From Gekko japonicus (Eukaryota): a DNA stretch of 64,000 bases. The notes under the pieces were generated by a model. It saw only the letters and a list, made by a program, of their open reading frames with translations, did not search any database and was not told where the DNA came from. A program made the position numbers and the translations under genes. The stretch's first letter is position 1; every line of letters begins with the position of its first letter. Positions 11,233 through 22,482 of this stretch are shown piece by piece. The stretch is taken from positions 101,954 to 165,953 of the forward strand of contig NW_015173136.1 in assembly GCF_001447785.1 (NCBI RefSeq), in the 5' to 3' direction.

Positions 11233-12309
11233 CATGAAAAGTTACAGAGTGGTTGGCTCCTAGGTGGTCATTGGACACATCTACTGCCAACACTGGAGCA
11301 ATGGGTCAAAGTTCTTTGGGCTCCCCTCAATAAACACACAGTCTTCCAGTCCTGTACTCATTTTCTTTTATGCACAGAAGTTCCAAGTAATACTAACGAC
11401 ATACACAGGCCTCTTTCTCCTGCTCTCACTTACATTTGACAAAGGCTGTATAGAACTGGAAAAAACCCTGCAGATACTCTAGAAGCAATGTTGGCCCTGT
11501 GTGGTTTTCAGACTTTTGTTCACCTTATCTCTTAATATAAATCAGTGGGAAAGAGGAGGAAAATAGGAAGAAAGTAGGTGGAAGTAGGGGGGAACATTGG
11601 TTAGAATGTCAGTTCGTAATAATTCTAAGGCTATATCTGGACAATCAGCTATTAACCATGGAGTTGGAAGTTATCATGAGTGGGAATGCAGTTGACCTTA
11701 GATTATGTCACCATGGGACTCCATGCAAGTAAGCACAGCAAATTTAGAGAAGTACAAATATTGGATATTAATATTGTAGTGTGTACTTCTAGCTTACAGG
11801 TGGGATCAAATGCAATGTAGTTTACTGAGATTATGATAGAATAGTTTACCCTTGTTTTGTGTTTTTAATCTCTATTTATTTCACAATTTAAGGTCGGCAT
11901 AAAGAAACAAGCCTATGTATAATCATAAGATTTTTCACAAGATTTTTCAAACATGCCCCATGTGTTGAGTGAATATATGGCGGACTAAGAGTAAGACTGC
12001 ATGGGAGCTGGATGTAACCTATTCCAGTAGCAAAATCAACCGCTGTCACCAACAGCCATCCACTACGCAATTATTGTTCAAATGCAAGGCTGCCAAATGT
12101 GCACGCACAAAATTACCTGTGAGACACAGACCTTTTACATTAACTTTATTTTAGCCATGGGAAAGTATTCCAACTTCTGACAAGTGTTTACAAGACATTT
12201 GTTTGACAGTATATTCAATTTCCTTTTCTGGAGGTTGTTTTCAGGCAAAATTATATATTACATGTCTGTCTGTCTGTGTATATACACACACTTATAGCTC
12301 AAGTCCCCC

Positions 12310-12523
12310 TGACCTGGTTGCCCCACGCTAGTCTAATCTTGCTAGATCTCAAAAGCTAAGTATGGTTGGCTCTGGTGAGTACTTGGTTGGGAGACCACCA
12401 AGGAAGTCCAGGGTCGCTACACAGAGGCAAGCAATGGCAAACCACCTCTGACTGTCTCTTGCCTGGAAAACCCCATGGGTCCGCCATAAATCAGCTGTGA
12501 TTTGATTGTACTTTATACCACCA
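12310..12523 (+). mobile_element. 5S rRNA-derived SINE
   Basis: AGATCTCAAAAGCTAAGTATGGTTGGCTCTGGTGAGTACTTGGTTGGGAGACCACCAAGGAAGTCCAGGGT (5S-like), then GCAATGGCAAACCACCTCTG and an RTE-type tail. Confidence 0.82.
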
Positions 12524-12545
12524 TAGCTCCAGTACCAAAGAAATA

Positions 12546-12855
12546 TGATAATAATCCATAGCTTTCCTATCATGCTAGCATTCAAAGTGCTTTACTTATA
12601 TTATCTAAATGCTAAAATAATCTTGTCAAATAGGTCTTATTATCCCTACACTGATGATTGGCAGGGAGATGGAGGCGGCCAAATAAATTATAGTGGCTTG
12701 CCTAAGGCCACCTGCAGTGCAATCCTCCACAGAGTCACACCCTTCTAAGACCACTGATTTCAATGGATTTAGAAGGCTGTAGCTCTGTTTAGGACTGTGC
12801 GGCTAATATATTCATGACTGTAGTGAGATTTGAACCAGGGACATCTCAGCTCTTT
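12546..12855 (-). mobile_element. Degraded MIR/CORE-type SINE with a palindromic MITE inserted at 12714-12802
   Basis: CAAAGTGCTTTAC..ATTATC..., GGCTTGCCTAAGGCCAC, GAGATTTGAACCAGG are MIR-like motifs read in reverse. Confidence 0.55.
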
Positions 12856-12929
12856 GCAGCCTGATCCTTTGCATGGTTACCAGGAAATAAATTCCTCTGA
12901 ATTAACTGGGATTTACTCCCAAGTAATAA

Positions 12930-13045
12930 TTCCAGAAGGATAGCTGTATTAATCTGTTCAAGCGACAAAGAGAAGTCTTGTGGCACTTAAAAGACGAACA
13001 AGATTTTTTCCCTGTGTAAATTGTCATGGATTGAAGCCTGCAGTC
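12930..13045 (-). mobile_element. Penelope-like element terminal fragment
   Basis: TTCCAGAAGGATAGCTGTATTAATCTG...TCTTGTGGCACTTAAAAGACGAACAAGATT is the reverse of the motif at 21981-22105 and 44241-44335. Confidence 0.55.
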
Positions 13046-14207
13046 CATATATCAGTGGAGTATTCTAGTGGTCATGTGGATCTGTAGAAAAAGCAAATAC
13101 ATTAGCAGCTCCTTGCAGCGAACACTCATCCTCTAAGTAGCTGCATATTAAGATCAGGATCAGAAAATAGAGAAACCCAGCAATTAAATGGCTAGATATT
13201 ACACTGCATAATTCCTATATACAAATATAGAGAAATTAGGCTTTTGATTGAACATAAAACTCTAGATGTAGTGTCACTCACAAGTTCCCGTACTGACAAT
13301 GATTCCAGTAGGTAGTTTATCTGAGGTTTTTATTTTGCTCAGCTACAGATTCCGTTTCCTTACTGACTAAGCAGTAAGAAATAAATGTAGCAAGGAAAGC
13401 CAAATGAGACAGCAGCAGCAACAACAAAAAAAGATAAGATCACCACCTGCCCACATCTTTGTGATACGCAAAAACGAAGAATGACACTGCTAACAGTCAT
13501 CCTCCAAGTAATGCAGAATCCAAATCCCAGTGACTGTGTATCTGAATGCGCTTTTGCTATCTCATTCAGCATCTGAATGCTGTAATGTGACTTTATGATA
13601 TTCAAATCAAATTTAGTGCATCGTGGGGGTGTGCGTGTCAGCTCCTCTGTCTTGAAGATGTCATCAGAAGGGGCTCAGCATGTCTGGTAGCTTCTATCCT
13701 GAGGCTCTGCCACATCAATTTCAAACGGTATGCGCTCTGTACGGGGCAATGATGAATGTGTGATCTAATAATCGCACATTCAAATAAACATTGTTGGGGG
13801 GAAACGACAGGGTAGTGCCAAAAGGCTTCTGAGATGCTGCTGGAAGCCCTGAGTCGACATAGCCAAGCTTAGAGACTGATCTGCCAGCAGGCTTCTTACT
13901 GCTGGCGGTAAGAGTGAGTGCACAGCACAGTCACAGGAACACTCAGTTTAGTGACTCTGGTGTCTAAATCCAGCCCTTCCAGTCTTCATCGCTCAGATCT
14001 GCGCATGCTTCAGCCTGCAAGGCTGGCTTCTTGTGTGGAACATGGGGGCCTGAAAAAACAAACAAAAAGACATGCTTTCCCCAGGACCCTTTCCCTGGTG
14101 TTCACTTCAGTATCCAAGTAGGATTGCAGGAAGCTACACTCTGGACATGCTCTTAACACCTTTGATGAGATAAATAAGAGCCATGCTTCCAATTGTTTGT
14201 GATTCTG

Positions 14208-14457
14208 ATGTTGCCTGGTCCCCACTGGCCACTGGTGGGAGGTGGAGGGGGGGTAGGGTTGCCAGATCCAAGTTGGGAAACTCCTGGAGATTTGGGGAAG
14301 GAGCCTGGGAAGAACAGGGGCCTCAGTGGGGTGCAATGCCCTAGAGCCCACCCTCCACAGCATCCATTTTCTCCATGGGAACTGATCTCTGTAGTCTGGA
14401 GATGAGCTGTAATTCTGGGAGATCCCCTCAGGCCACGACTGGATGCTGGCATCCCTA
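14208..14457 (+). mobile_element. TAGGGTTGCCA-family MITE
   Basis: TAGGGTTGCCAGATCC...CCATTTTCTCCATGGGAACTGATCTCTGTAGTCTGGAGATGAGC...TGGCATCCCTA. Further copies at 20571-20774, 28229-28485, 33299-33502, 51277-51480 and about 55510-55710. Confidence 0.85.
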
Positions 14458-14980
14458 GCACAGTCCTCACAAGGCAAAAGCGGAATAAAGTGAAAAGGCA
14501 TCCTCTTTTATATGATACAATATGCACTTTGAAACACACTTTTTCAAAAACAAAGTCTGTTGGTGGATTCCTTCAAATCCTTTCCCAGATGATCAAATAA
14601 TCTAAAGAGCTGCCCTTTTTCTGGAACCAACACCTTCTAGCCATAATTAGAATCCTGCTACAATCCTGTGCATGCTTTCCTGGGGGTAGGCGCCATTGAA
14701 CATGATGATACTCAGGCCTTGTCTAAGTATGTCTCTTCCTGGGTGTGCACGGAAAATGGGTCCAGCATTCCACGTGGCCACAGCTGGCTTTCCATTTAAA
14801 CCCAGTAGTAAAAAAAAGTGTTGTGGCATATTGAAAACTAAGAGATATAGACCAGGGCATAAAATACATGAGTTAGACTTTAAGATGCCACAAGATTTTG
14901 TTTTTTGTTTGAGTAACAAAGGAATGCTGCTACTCTTCAGGAATTTGTCACCAAGGAAAGTACTTGTTTAAACTGGCACT

Positions 14981-15485
14981 ATTATTATTATTATCATTAT
15001 TTATTAAATTTCTGAATCGCCCCATCCCTGAATACACAGGGCTCTGGGCGATTTACAATAAATTAATATACAAAGTACAGTTTAAAATCAACCATCAGTT
15101 CATTCCAAAGTTTCAGTGTCTTCCAATGGCGTTTATAATTTGATCTGAAACCTGCTCTGGACTGTTCTTCCATCTCAAGGGCAGGTTAAGGAGGAGGCCG
15201 AAGTGGCCAGGATGGAAAAAGAAGAAGTAAAGAAGAGGGTGCCAGCTATGATGGAAACCGTCACTGTCCTCAACCAAAAGCCTGGTGGAACATCTCTGCC
15301 TTGCACAGGCCCTGAGGAATTGCATTAAGTCCCACAGGGCCCTGATGGAAATTGGAAGAGAGTTCCACCAGGTCAAGGACAGCTGGTTATCTTTGGGGCC
15401 AGGGATCACCAGAAGATTACTCTCAGCAGCAGAGCCTAATGCTCTCCCAGGGACATACCAGAGACTAGAATGCCAAAACAGCACC
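14981..15485 (-). mobile_element. L2 LINE 3' fragment
   Basis: Reverse frame LLVIPGPKD...TWWNSLPISIRALWDLMQFLRAC is homologous to the 24582 copy. Ends in GTAAATCGCCCAGAGC...GGGCGATT and an (AAT)n tail. Confidence 0.85.
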
Positions 15486-16499
15486 TTGGTCGCCCCCAGA
15501 TCCTTGGCAGATATACTCCTGTGTTAAACCAGTCCCATTAAACACTTCAGTAAGAGTTCTATACACCGCCGGCGCTACATTTTCAAGTAAGCCTTACTTC
15601 TTATTAGACCTCCCAGCCGTGCAAACGCTATCTTAAGTACGGAGCAAGTCCCATCGCCACCAACGGGGCTTGCTCCCTAGCAGGCGTCTTTAGGATTGCC
15701 GCCTGAACGTGCAAAATGCTACCGATGGTCGATTGCGCCTGCCCAATGCCCAGCCATGCATATTTACGGCTTTAGCCTTACGCCAAAATCTCTCTCTTCT
15801 CCCCGAAGACGAGCGGAATTCTTTGGGGAAGGGGGTACGCACAGGATTACGTCCCGTCCCCCCCCGGGAAGATGATCAGCCACTCCACGTGGGGAACACG
15901 GGAAACTCGCCGCCTGTGGAACTGAGGGCCGACACCAGGCATTGCACGTGGTCGGGGGGAAGAAAGGCGAGCAAGTGACGAGGAGCCCCTGGTACGTTTG
16001 TGGGGACGTCGGCGGGGATGCAGAAGCTGCCGCTATGCGCATTTGTGCTTCGAGCGCTGGCTCTCTCTCTACCCTCCCGCCAGCCAGCAAGACAATCGCC
16101 TTTTCCTGCTCACATGGCGGGGGTGGGGGCTTGCACTTTCTTTCCCGATCCCCTGCCCCTCGTCGGTTCCTTCCCATTTCAGAAGCGGTGCTCTCTCTTA
16201 AGTCCTGCCAACTTGAAGCCGCGAAAGTCGAGGACTGGAGGAGGGGGGGCGGAGAGGGCTCGAGTGCAGCAGGGGAGCCGCCTCTTTCCTCTCCTTGTGC
16301 CCCCTCCCTCTCGCCCCCCCCTTCTCCTTTCTTTCTTGCTGCGTCTGTTTGTACTTTAGCTGATCCACTAATCCCCTGAGAAAGCCTATTTGCAGTGAAG
16401 AGTATCTGTAGGGGGCGAGGCTGGTCCATGTGGGTTTGTGTCATTGGTTTGCAAGGAGAGACCCCGCCTATTGCCCAAAAAGAAAAAAAGAAAGAAAAA

Positions 16500-17001
16500 A
16501 AGAAAAGAGCGAGCGAGAGAAACAGAGACCCTACCTCTCCTAGCTACTCAGCACAACGGAGGAGGCAGAAGCGGAGGTTGTACAGCCCCCCCTCCTTTTT
16601 TTTTTTTAAGCTGGAGGAACACCAGCGAAAGACTTCTTTTTTTAAAAAAAAAAGAGAAAAGGGGAAAAATTCCAAGTTGCAATTAGAACCTTCCTCCGTT
16701 CCCTTCTCCCCCCCACCCCCCACTCCCCGGTCTTCACTTGGAGCAGCGGCAGGAGCTTGGCGAAGGAGGAGAGGATTAAGTTTTTGTGTGTGCGGGGTGT
16801 GCGTGTGTGTGTGTCATTTTTAAGGTGGATCTCTGGCAGCAAGAGCCCCAAGCGCAGCGAGCCAGAGGAGAAGGGGGACGGGGGACGGACACGATGCAGC
16901 GCTAAGAGAGCCCAGGCAGCGGCTGGAGCCAGAGCGAGCGAGCGAGCGAGCCAGCTTGGAGGGAGACCGGCTCCCTGTGGACATTCAGAGCCGACGACGA
17001 G
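16500..17001 (+). other. Probable non-coding first exon (start approximate)
   Basis: Purine-rich leader with (GAGC)n at 16932-16950, ending at the consensus donor GAG|GTAAGA (GT at 17002-17003). The only ATG I saw opens a 3-codon uORF (16894-16905). Confidence 0.65.
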
Positions 17002-17618
17002 GTAAGAGGTGGTGGGGCGGAGAGGGGAAAGGGAGCCGAGGCGGCTGCCCGAGCGCGGTGGGTCGGGAGGGCTCGCCGCCTTTCCCCCGCTCCTAGCCTA
17101 CCTGCAGTCGTAATGTTTGTGCCCGTGCTAGTGTCCATGTGTTTTTCCTTCACTGCGCCATCCAGAGAGGGGAAGTCAGCAGGCCCGGGGGGCCGGCTTG
17201 AATCCGTCTGGAGAGACCCCGCCGTTCAACTCTCGCCCCCGCGATGGTACAATATTGCTTTTCTAGTCCCCGAGCTGATGGGAAGGTGTGTGTGTGTGTC
17301 TGTGTGTGTCGGAAAGGCTTTCCGAGCCAGGGTTGTGTTTATGCGCGCGCGTTTGGGCATGTGTATTTTTCTCCCCTTTTTAACGCGATCCCTTTTTTCC
17401 CCCTTTGATTTTGTGTGTGTGTGTTCTGTGCGCGAGCCGAAGATCGCACAGGCGATGCAATGGGACAGATGTGAGGAAGTCGAGCCCTAATCGTCCCCTC
17501 CCCCCCGCCAAAAAAAAGAAGAGAGTCGGAGAAAGCCTTTTTGTTGTTGTTGTTGCTGTTGCATGGTGGAGAGGAGAGGGGAAAGCGGGGGGGGGGGGGG
17601 GGGGAGGACAAAAAGTTG

Positions 17619-17940
17619 NNNNNNNNNNNNNNNNNNNNNNNNNNNNNNNNNNNNNNNNNNNNNNNNNNNNNNNNNNNNNNNNNNNNNNNNNNNNNNNNNN
17701 NNNNNNNNNNNNNNNNNNNNNNNNNNNNNNNNNNNNNNNNNNNNNNNNNNNNNNNNNNNNNNNNNNNNNNNNNNNNNNNNNNNNNNNNNNNNNNNNNNNN
17801 NNNNNNNNNNNNNNNNNNNNNNNNNNNNNNNNNNNNNNNNNNNNNNNNNNNNNNNNNNNNNNNNNNNNNNNNNNNNNNNNNNNNNNNNNNNNNNNNNNNN
17901 NNNNNNNNNNNNNNNNNNNNNNNNNNNNNNNNNNNNNNNN
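17619..17940. other. Assembly gap (322 N) inside the CpG island; smaller gaps at 38060-38094 and 60646-60673
   Basis: Runs of N, the first flanked by poly-G tracts. Confidence 0.99.
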
Positions 17941-19773
17941 GAGGGCAAAACGAAAGACTTTGCAAGTGAGGAGGGGATGGGGGGGGGCGGAGGCAAGCAG
18001 GAAGGAGCCGCTGGCTGGGAAATCTGGCTGGGTCCCTCGGAGATAGTTGGGGAAGCGAGTTCGAGGAGGGCAGCACCATCTGTGGGGAGAGGGGGCTGCC
18101 TTGCCACAGTAGTCTGAAAGCCCTTTCCCCCCACCTTCCCTGGGGAAGCGTCCTACTCAGTTTTCATTGTGACGTCTACAAAGTGGGCTTGCAGTTTCTA
18201 CTCGCTGCATGTGGAAAACGTCGCCCCCCCTTTTTTTTTGGAAACCCAGGCTGTGGAAACTAGGAAACCTTCCGGTCCATTTCCACTATATATAATATAT
18301 ATTCCCATTGACTTACAGATTTTTTAAATTAAAAAAATCCCTTCACCCTTATTAGCAGGATGCTAGCCTGATTAAGATATTTTGCCTTGCATTGTGTTGG
18401 ATTATTATGTGTGTTTTTTTGGTGGGGGGATGGACCCGATCTTGATTGTTTGAGGACGTAATACTTGTAACTCTCATTCCCCTCTTCTTCCGCCCCCATT
18501 CATACACAGAAAGCAGTTGCAAACATTCTTTGGAAATGGAGGATCCAAAGTGCTGTGTTTCAAGGATGAAATGGCAGAGCGTTTTGGAAAGGTGTTGCCA
18601 TCTAGGCAGATAAGCAGGAAAACATCAGCGAGCCATATCGGCTCCTTAGCAACTCCTTTGGACATTGGATTTTTCTGTGCATCACCCTGACGTTTGTCAG
18701 GTGATGCATTTTTGGTGGCAAACAAAACCTTTACATCCGACTCCTTTAACCTGCAATATTCTCAAACTTTTTCCTGCTCCTTCACCCAGATCTTTTGTAA
18801 GCAAGTGTTTGCTCACCAAATAATGCAAACAAATAGCATAGTTACATTGAGGCTTCAGAATACCTTGGTCTTGGATTGAATTGAATACGTACATTTTTTT
18901 TAACAAACGGGAAGGAACTCTCCCATAATTCTTGTGTAGTGAGATAAAGTACTTTTTGTTTATAGGACCTGTAAACTTCAACATCTAAAAAAACTTATCT
19001 CTTTTCAAGAAGTATGATTAATTTGTGTAGATTGCATTTTATTACCCAGTATCATTCAGGAGTAAAGAGAATGCTCTTTGACCCACACCTAGTCTGGCAT
19101 GTGGGTACAAATGCATACCTTTCAGTAGTGTCATGAAGAAAGCCCATGTGAATAGAGTTGAGTAGGATTTTGAGTTGACCTTCTTAGGATTGCTCTGTCT
19201 TCTCTTGCAGTGCAGTAGTGCCCTTAAACAACAACAACACAAAAACCCTTGTTAGGATTTGGCGTATGGGTCAGTGCTTCAGTCATTAGAGTGGTCTTTG
19301 TGGTCTATATGATGCCAGGCAGAACAACAGTAATTTTTAAAAGGAATTATTACTCTTCGGACATGTTTACCTTAGTTCTTAAAAGTTCTCTGCAGCCAGT
19401 GAATATGCATAACACTAATGAAAACACTATAATCATGCACTCTTGCAGAAGTGTAATATGGGCAAACAAAAGCAAGCACCAATTACTCTAATGTAAGTAT
19501 ATGGAAGGATGCCATGTGCAGTTGGGTCATATTTTCTTAACTGCCGAGGAATACATTAGTAAGAAGCAAGGTTTAGTTGACAGTGTTTTGTGCCTTATAA
19601 TGGTAGGTAAAAAAACAGGAAACAGAGAGTGGTTGGTTTTAATATAATAGTATTGGGTTGGACTGTGTTTGTTCTGTTTGTAAGCCTACACCGACCAGTC
19701 AAAGTTGGCATCAATGAGCCTGGGAATTCCAACCAACTGGAGGTAAATTTCCATGGCTTAAATTAGATCTTGA

Positions 19774-20152
19774 CAGGGGTCATTTCCTGCAGGAGCGCAC
19801 AGGAGCGGAGCCCAGGGGGCGGGCACATGCAACAAGCCCCACCCCCTGCTCCCAGCAGCCCTCAGTCAGAGCAAGAAGCAGCCAGGAAAGTTGCAGAGCC
19901 CCCCACCCTGGTCCAAAACAGTTCAGTGGCACCTTTATTCAGGTACAAGCTCTCCCTCCTCTGCAAGGACAGATCTGCACGTTCCTTCCCCAATAGCTGG
20001 CAATCCAAAACAGTCCAGTGGTGTCTGAGTGGTGGGCGTTGCCTTCTGACATACTTCCGGTGATGTCAGGGGGTGTGGCATATGCAAACAAGTTATGCTA
20101 ATGAGTTATGCTAATGAGCTCCTGCACCTCTTTTTCTGCAAAATGACCCCTG
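19774..20152. mobile_element. hAT MITE (379 bp)
   Basis: TIR CAGGGGTCATTT / AAATGACCCCTG. TSD GATCTTGA/GATATTGA (1 mismatch). Confidence 0.9.
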
Positions 20153-20155
20153 GAT

Positions 20156-20628
20156 ATTGATTGTATCCTTGGTGTGCTTATATCACTAAGAGCAATAAAA
20201 AACTGCAGAGAGGAGAAAATAGGGTTTTTTAAAGTGCTGGAGAATGATCCTGTAGATCTGCTCTAATCCTCCGAGCACACCAAACCTAAGGCACTTCTTT
20301 ACGAGAGTATGTGTTCAGAATAGTGAGGTGCTTTTAGGGTTGCCAGGTCCGAGTTGAAATATTCCTGGAGATTGGTGGCAGAGTTTGGGGACATTGATTG
20401 TATCTTTGGTGTGCTTATATCACTAAAAGCAATAAAACATTGCAGAGAGGAGAAAATAGGGTTTTTAAAGTGCTGGAGAATGATCCTGTAGATCTGCTCT
20501 AGTCCTCCGAACACACCAAACCTAAGGCACTTCTTTACGAGAGTATGTGTTCAGAATAGTGAGGTGCTTTTAGGGTTGCCAGGTCCGAGTTGAAATATTC
20601 CTGGAGATTGGTGGCAGAGTTTGGGGAC
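20156..20628. repeat. Two-copy tandem duplication, period about 237 bp
   Basis: ATTGATTGTATC...GAGTTTGGGGAC at 20156-20392 and 20393-20628. It duplicates the left end of a TAGGGTTGCCA MITE. Confidence 0.97.
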
Positions 20629-21355
20629 AGCCGGGTCTGAGGAGGGGAGGGAGTTCAGTAGAGATATGATGCCATAGAGTCCACCCTCTGAAGCTGCCAT
20701 TTTCTCCAGGGGAAGAGATCTTTATAGTCTGGGGATGAGATCTCCAGGCCCTTTCCTGGGGGTTGGCAATTCTGCCTGCTTGTAAAATTATAGCTGATTT
20801 GTAACCCAGGCATTTATAATCCCCAGCCAGCTCATGGATATGCTAGTTTTGAAACCTTTTAACACTACAAGCAACTAGCTGTCTAACAGTGAAATTGGTC
20901 CACGTGAATTTATTAACAGACAGAGTCTGTCCTCTAGAACAGGATGTATACAGATAAGCTTCAGTAGCCCTTCACTGGTTACTTATGCTTCATTGGCAGT
21001 ATGTAATATACCAGAAGGTATATTGTACAAGTACAATAATAAGTAGGTACATTACAGAACCATGTTTAAATATGAGGGAAATCTGGAGTTTGTGGACATC
21101 TTATTATTAGAATAGTTAAAAACCCTACTTGCCAAGTAATTTACTAAAATGATGACAACAAGTTGGAATACATTTTAGTGTTTTGCCTGTTGGGAAATAA
21201 TCATGAGTCCGTGATTTTGTATGTTCTTCTAAGTCAAATGTGAGAGAGGGTCTCTTGCTTCTACCTTGTCTTAGGCAATGAGTTCTGCAGAAAAGATCAC
21301 ATGACCTGTGCCTCCAATGAGACGTGTTGTAGAGTGGCTCAGGTCATGCCACTCT

Positions 21356-21920
21356 GGCTGCAGTCACACACACTAAATAATCCACTTTCAATGCACGTTC
21401 CAACTGGATTTTGCCAGTTCACACAGTAAACTCCAGTTGGAAAGTGCACTGAAAGTAGATTATTTAGTGCAGGGGTGTCGAACTCATTTGTTATGAGGGC
21501 CAGATCTGACATAAACGAGATCCTGTTGGGTCAGGCCATGTGTGTCAAAATGTAATGCCAGGTAGCGGAGATATAAACTTTATAAAGGACACAAACACAA
21601 AGGTTTTTTTTAACTTAAAATAAAAACATGCTTAAAACATTGGCACTCTTGCAATATTTTGTTTATTTAACAGTGTCTGATAACTGACACGTCTTGCTCT
21701 GATTTATTGCATCAAAATGTCTGTGCTGTTGCAATCCTGAGTATGCTGTTCAGGTGTGTATCTGTAAGCTGCAAACCTATGATGATGCAGCAGCAGAACT
21801 GGAAGAAGAAGCAGAAGACAGACAGTTCCACTGTGGGACTGATAGAAGCCCTCTGGGGGCCTGATCCGGCCACCGGGCCACATGTTTGACACCCCTGATT
21901 TAGTGTGTGTGACCACAGCC
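21356..21920. mobile_element. About 130-bp fold-back MITE (GGCTGCAGTCACA ends, Harbinger-like) interrupted by a hAT MITE
   Basis: GGCTGCAGTCACACACACTAAATAATCCACTTTCAATGCAC is inverted by GTGCACTGAAAGTAGATTATTTAGTG[insert]TGTGTGACCACAGCC. Confidence 0.85.
21470..21897. mobile_element. hAT MITE (428 bp)
   Basis: TIR CAGGGGTGTCGAAC / GTTTGACACCCCTG. Perfect TSD ATTTAGTG at 21462-21469 and 21898-21905. Confidence 0.95.
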
Positions 21921-21980
21921 ACAGTGTCCACCTGTCTCAGAAGTGCTTGGACATACATTACTATTTTAACTATTTTTTTT

Positions 21981-22105
21981 CTGATAAAGGGAGCTTTGAC
22001 TCTCAAAAGCTTATATCCTGAAAATCTTGTTGGCCTCATAAGGCTCTACTGGATTTGAATGTAGCTGTTCTGCTGCGGACTAATACGGCTACCCTCTGAA
22101 ACTCT
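21981..22105 (+). mobile_element. Penelope-like terminal-repeat fragment
   Basis: CTGATAAAGGGAGCTTTGACTCTCAAAAGCTTATATCCTGAAAATCTTGTTGG...CTACTGGA...CGGCTACCCTCTGAAA. Confidence 0.7.
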
Positions 22106-22261
22106 TTTACCAGTGGAATCTTAAACAAATTGCCATAGTTGGCAACCCTAGTTCTGGAGAAGGGAGATTTGGTTTGGTGATGGTGGTTGTTGCAACTGGT
22201 GGTTCCAACTGGCCACCAACTGGCTTGGCTCATCTGTGGTTACATCATTTCCATCCTGAAA

Positions 22262-22482
22262 TGTGGTGGTGGAAAGTGCTATCAGGTAGCAGCTGACTTA
22301 CAGCGACCCTCTAGGGGTTTCTAGGCAAGAGACGTTCAGAGGTGGTTTGCCAATGCCTGCCGCTGCATAGGAACCATGGAGTTTCTTGGTAGTCTCCTGT
22401 CCAAATACTAACCAGGGCTGATCCTGCTTAGCTTCCGAGATCTGACTAGAGCAGGCTAGCCTGGGCCATCTGGATCAGACAG
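22262..22482 (-). mobile_element. 5S rRNA-derived SINE
   Basis: Reverse strand TCAGATCTCGGAAGCTAAGCAGGATCAGCCCTGGTTAGTATTTGGACAGGAGAC is very close to the 5S internal control region. Flanks CTGAAATGTGGT / CTGAAACATGGT look like a decayed TSD. Confidence 0.85.

Larger units (their letters stand above)
15560..18280 (+). promoter_or_regulatory. CpG-island promoter of an unidentified host gene
   Basis: Sharp rise in CpG and GC content against a CpG-poor background. E-boxes CACGTG at 15886 and 15945, TGCGCA at 16036, GC boxes at 16246, 16462 and about 17014, reverse CCAAT at 16443, TGACGTC near 18170. No obvious TATA box. Confidence 0.88.

Noticed and set aside
13745-13840. C/D snoRNA-like pattern (ATGATGA ... 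CTGA about 80 nt apart)
   Set aside because: The terminal stem is not in canonical register, I recognised no rRNA antisense element, and no host intron is evident.
16755-17450. Short words (GCTTGGCGAAGGAG, GAATCCG.CTG, CGAAGATCGCAC) resembling my recollection of the human BMPR1A 5' UTR
   Set aside because: From memory only, 11-14 nt long, not colinear, and lying on both sides of the presumed donor. Not enough to assign a gene; a BLAST search would settle it.
15709-18134. Many overlapping long ORFs in the CpG island
   Set aside because: Expected from high GC content and read-through of N runs. Low-complexity products with no recognisable domain.
22380-22460. 5S rRNA gene
   Set aside because: The 5S-like part is diverged, incomplete and fused to a SINE body and tail. 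The same holds for 10233 and 12310.
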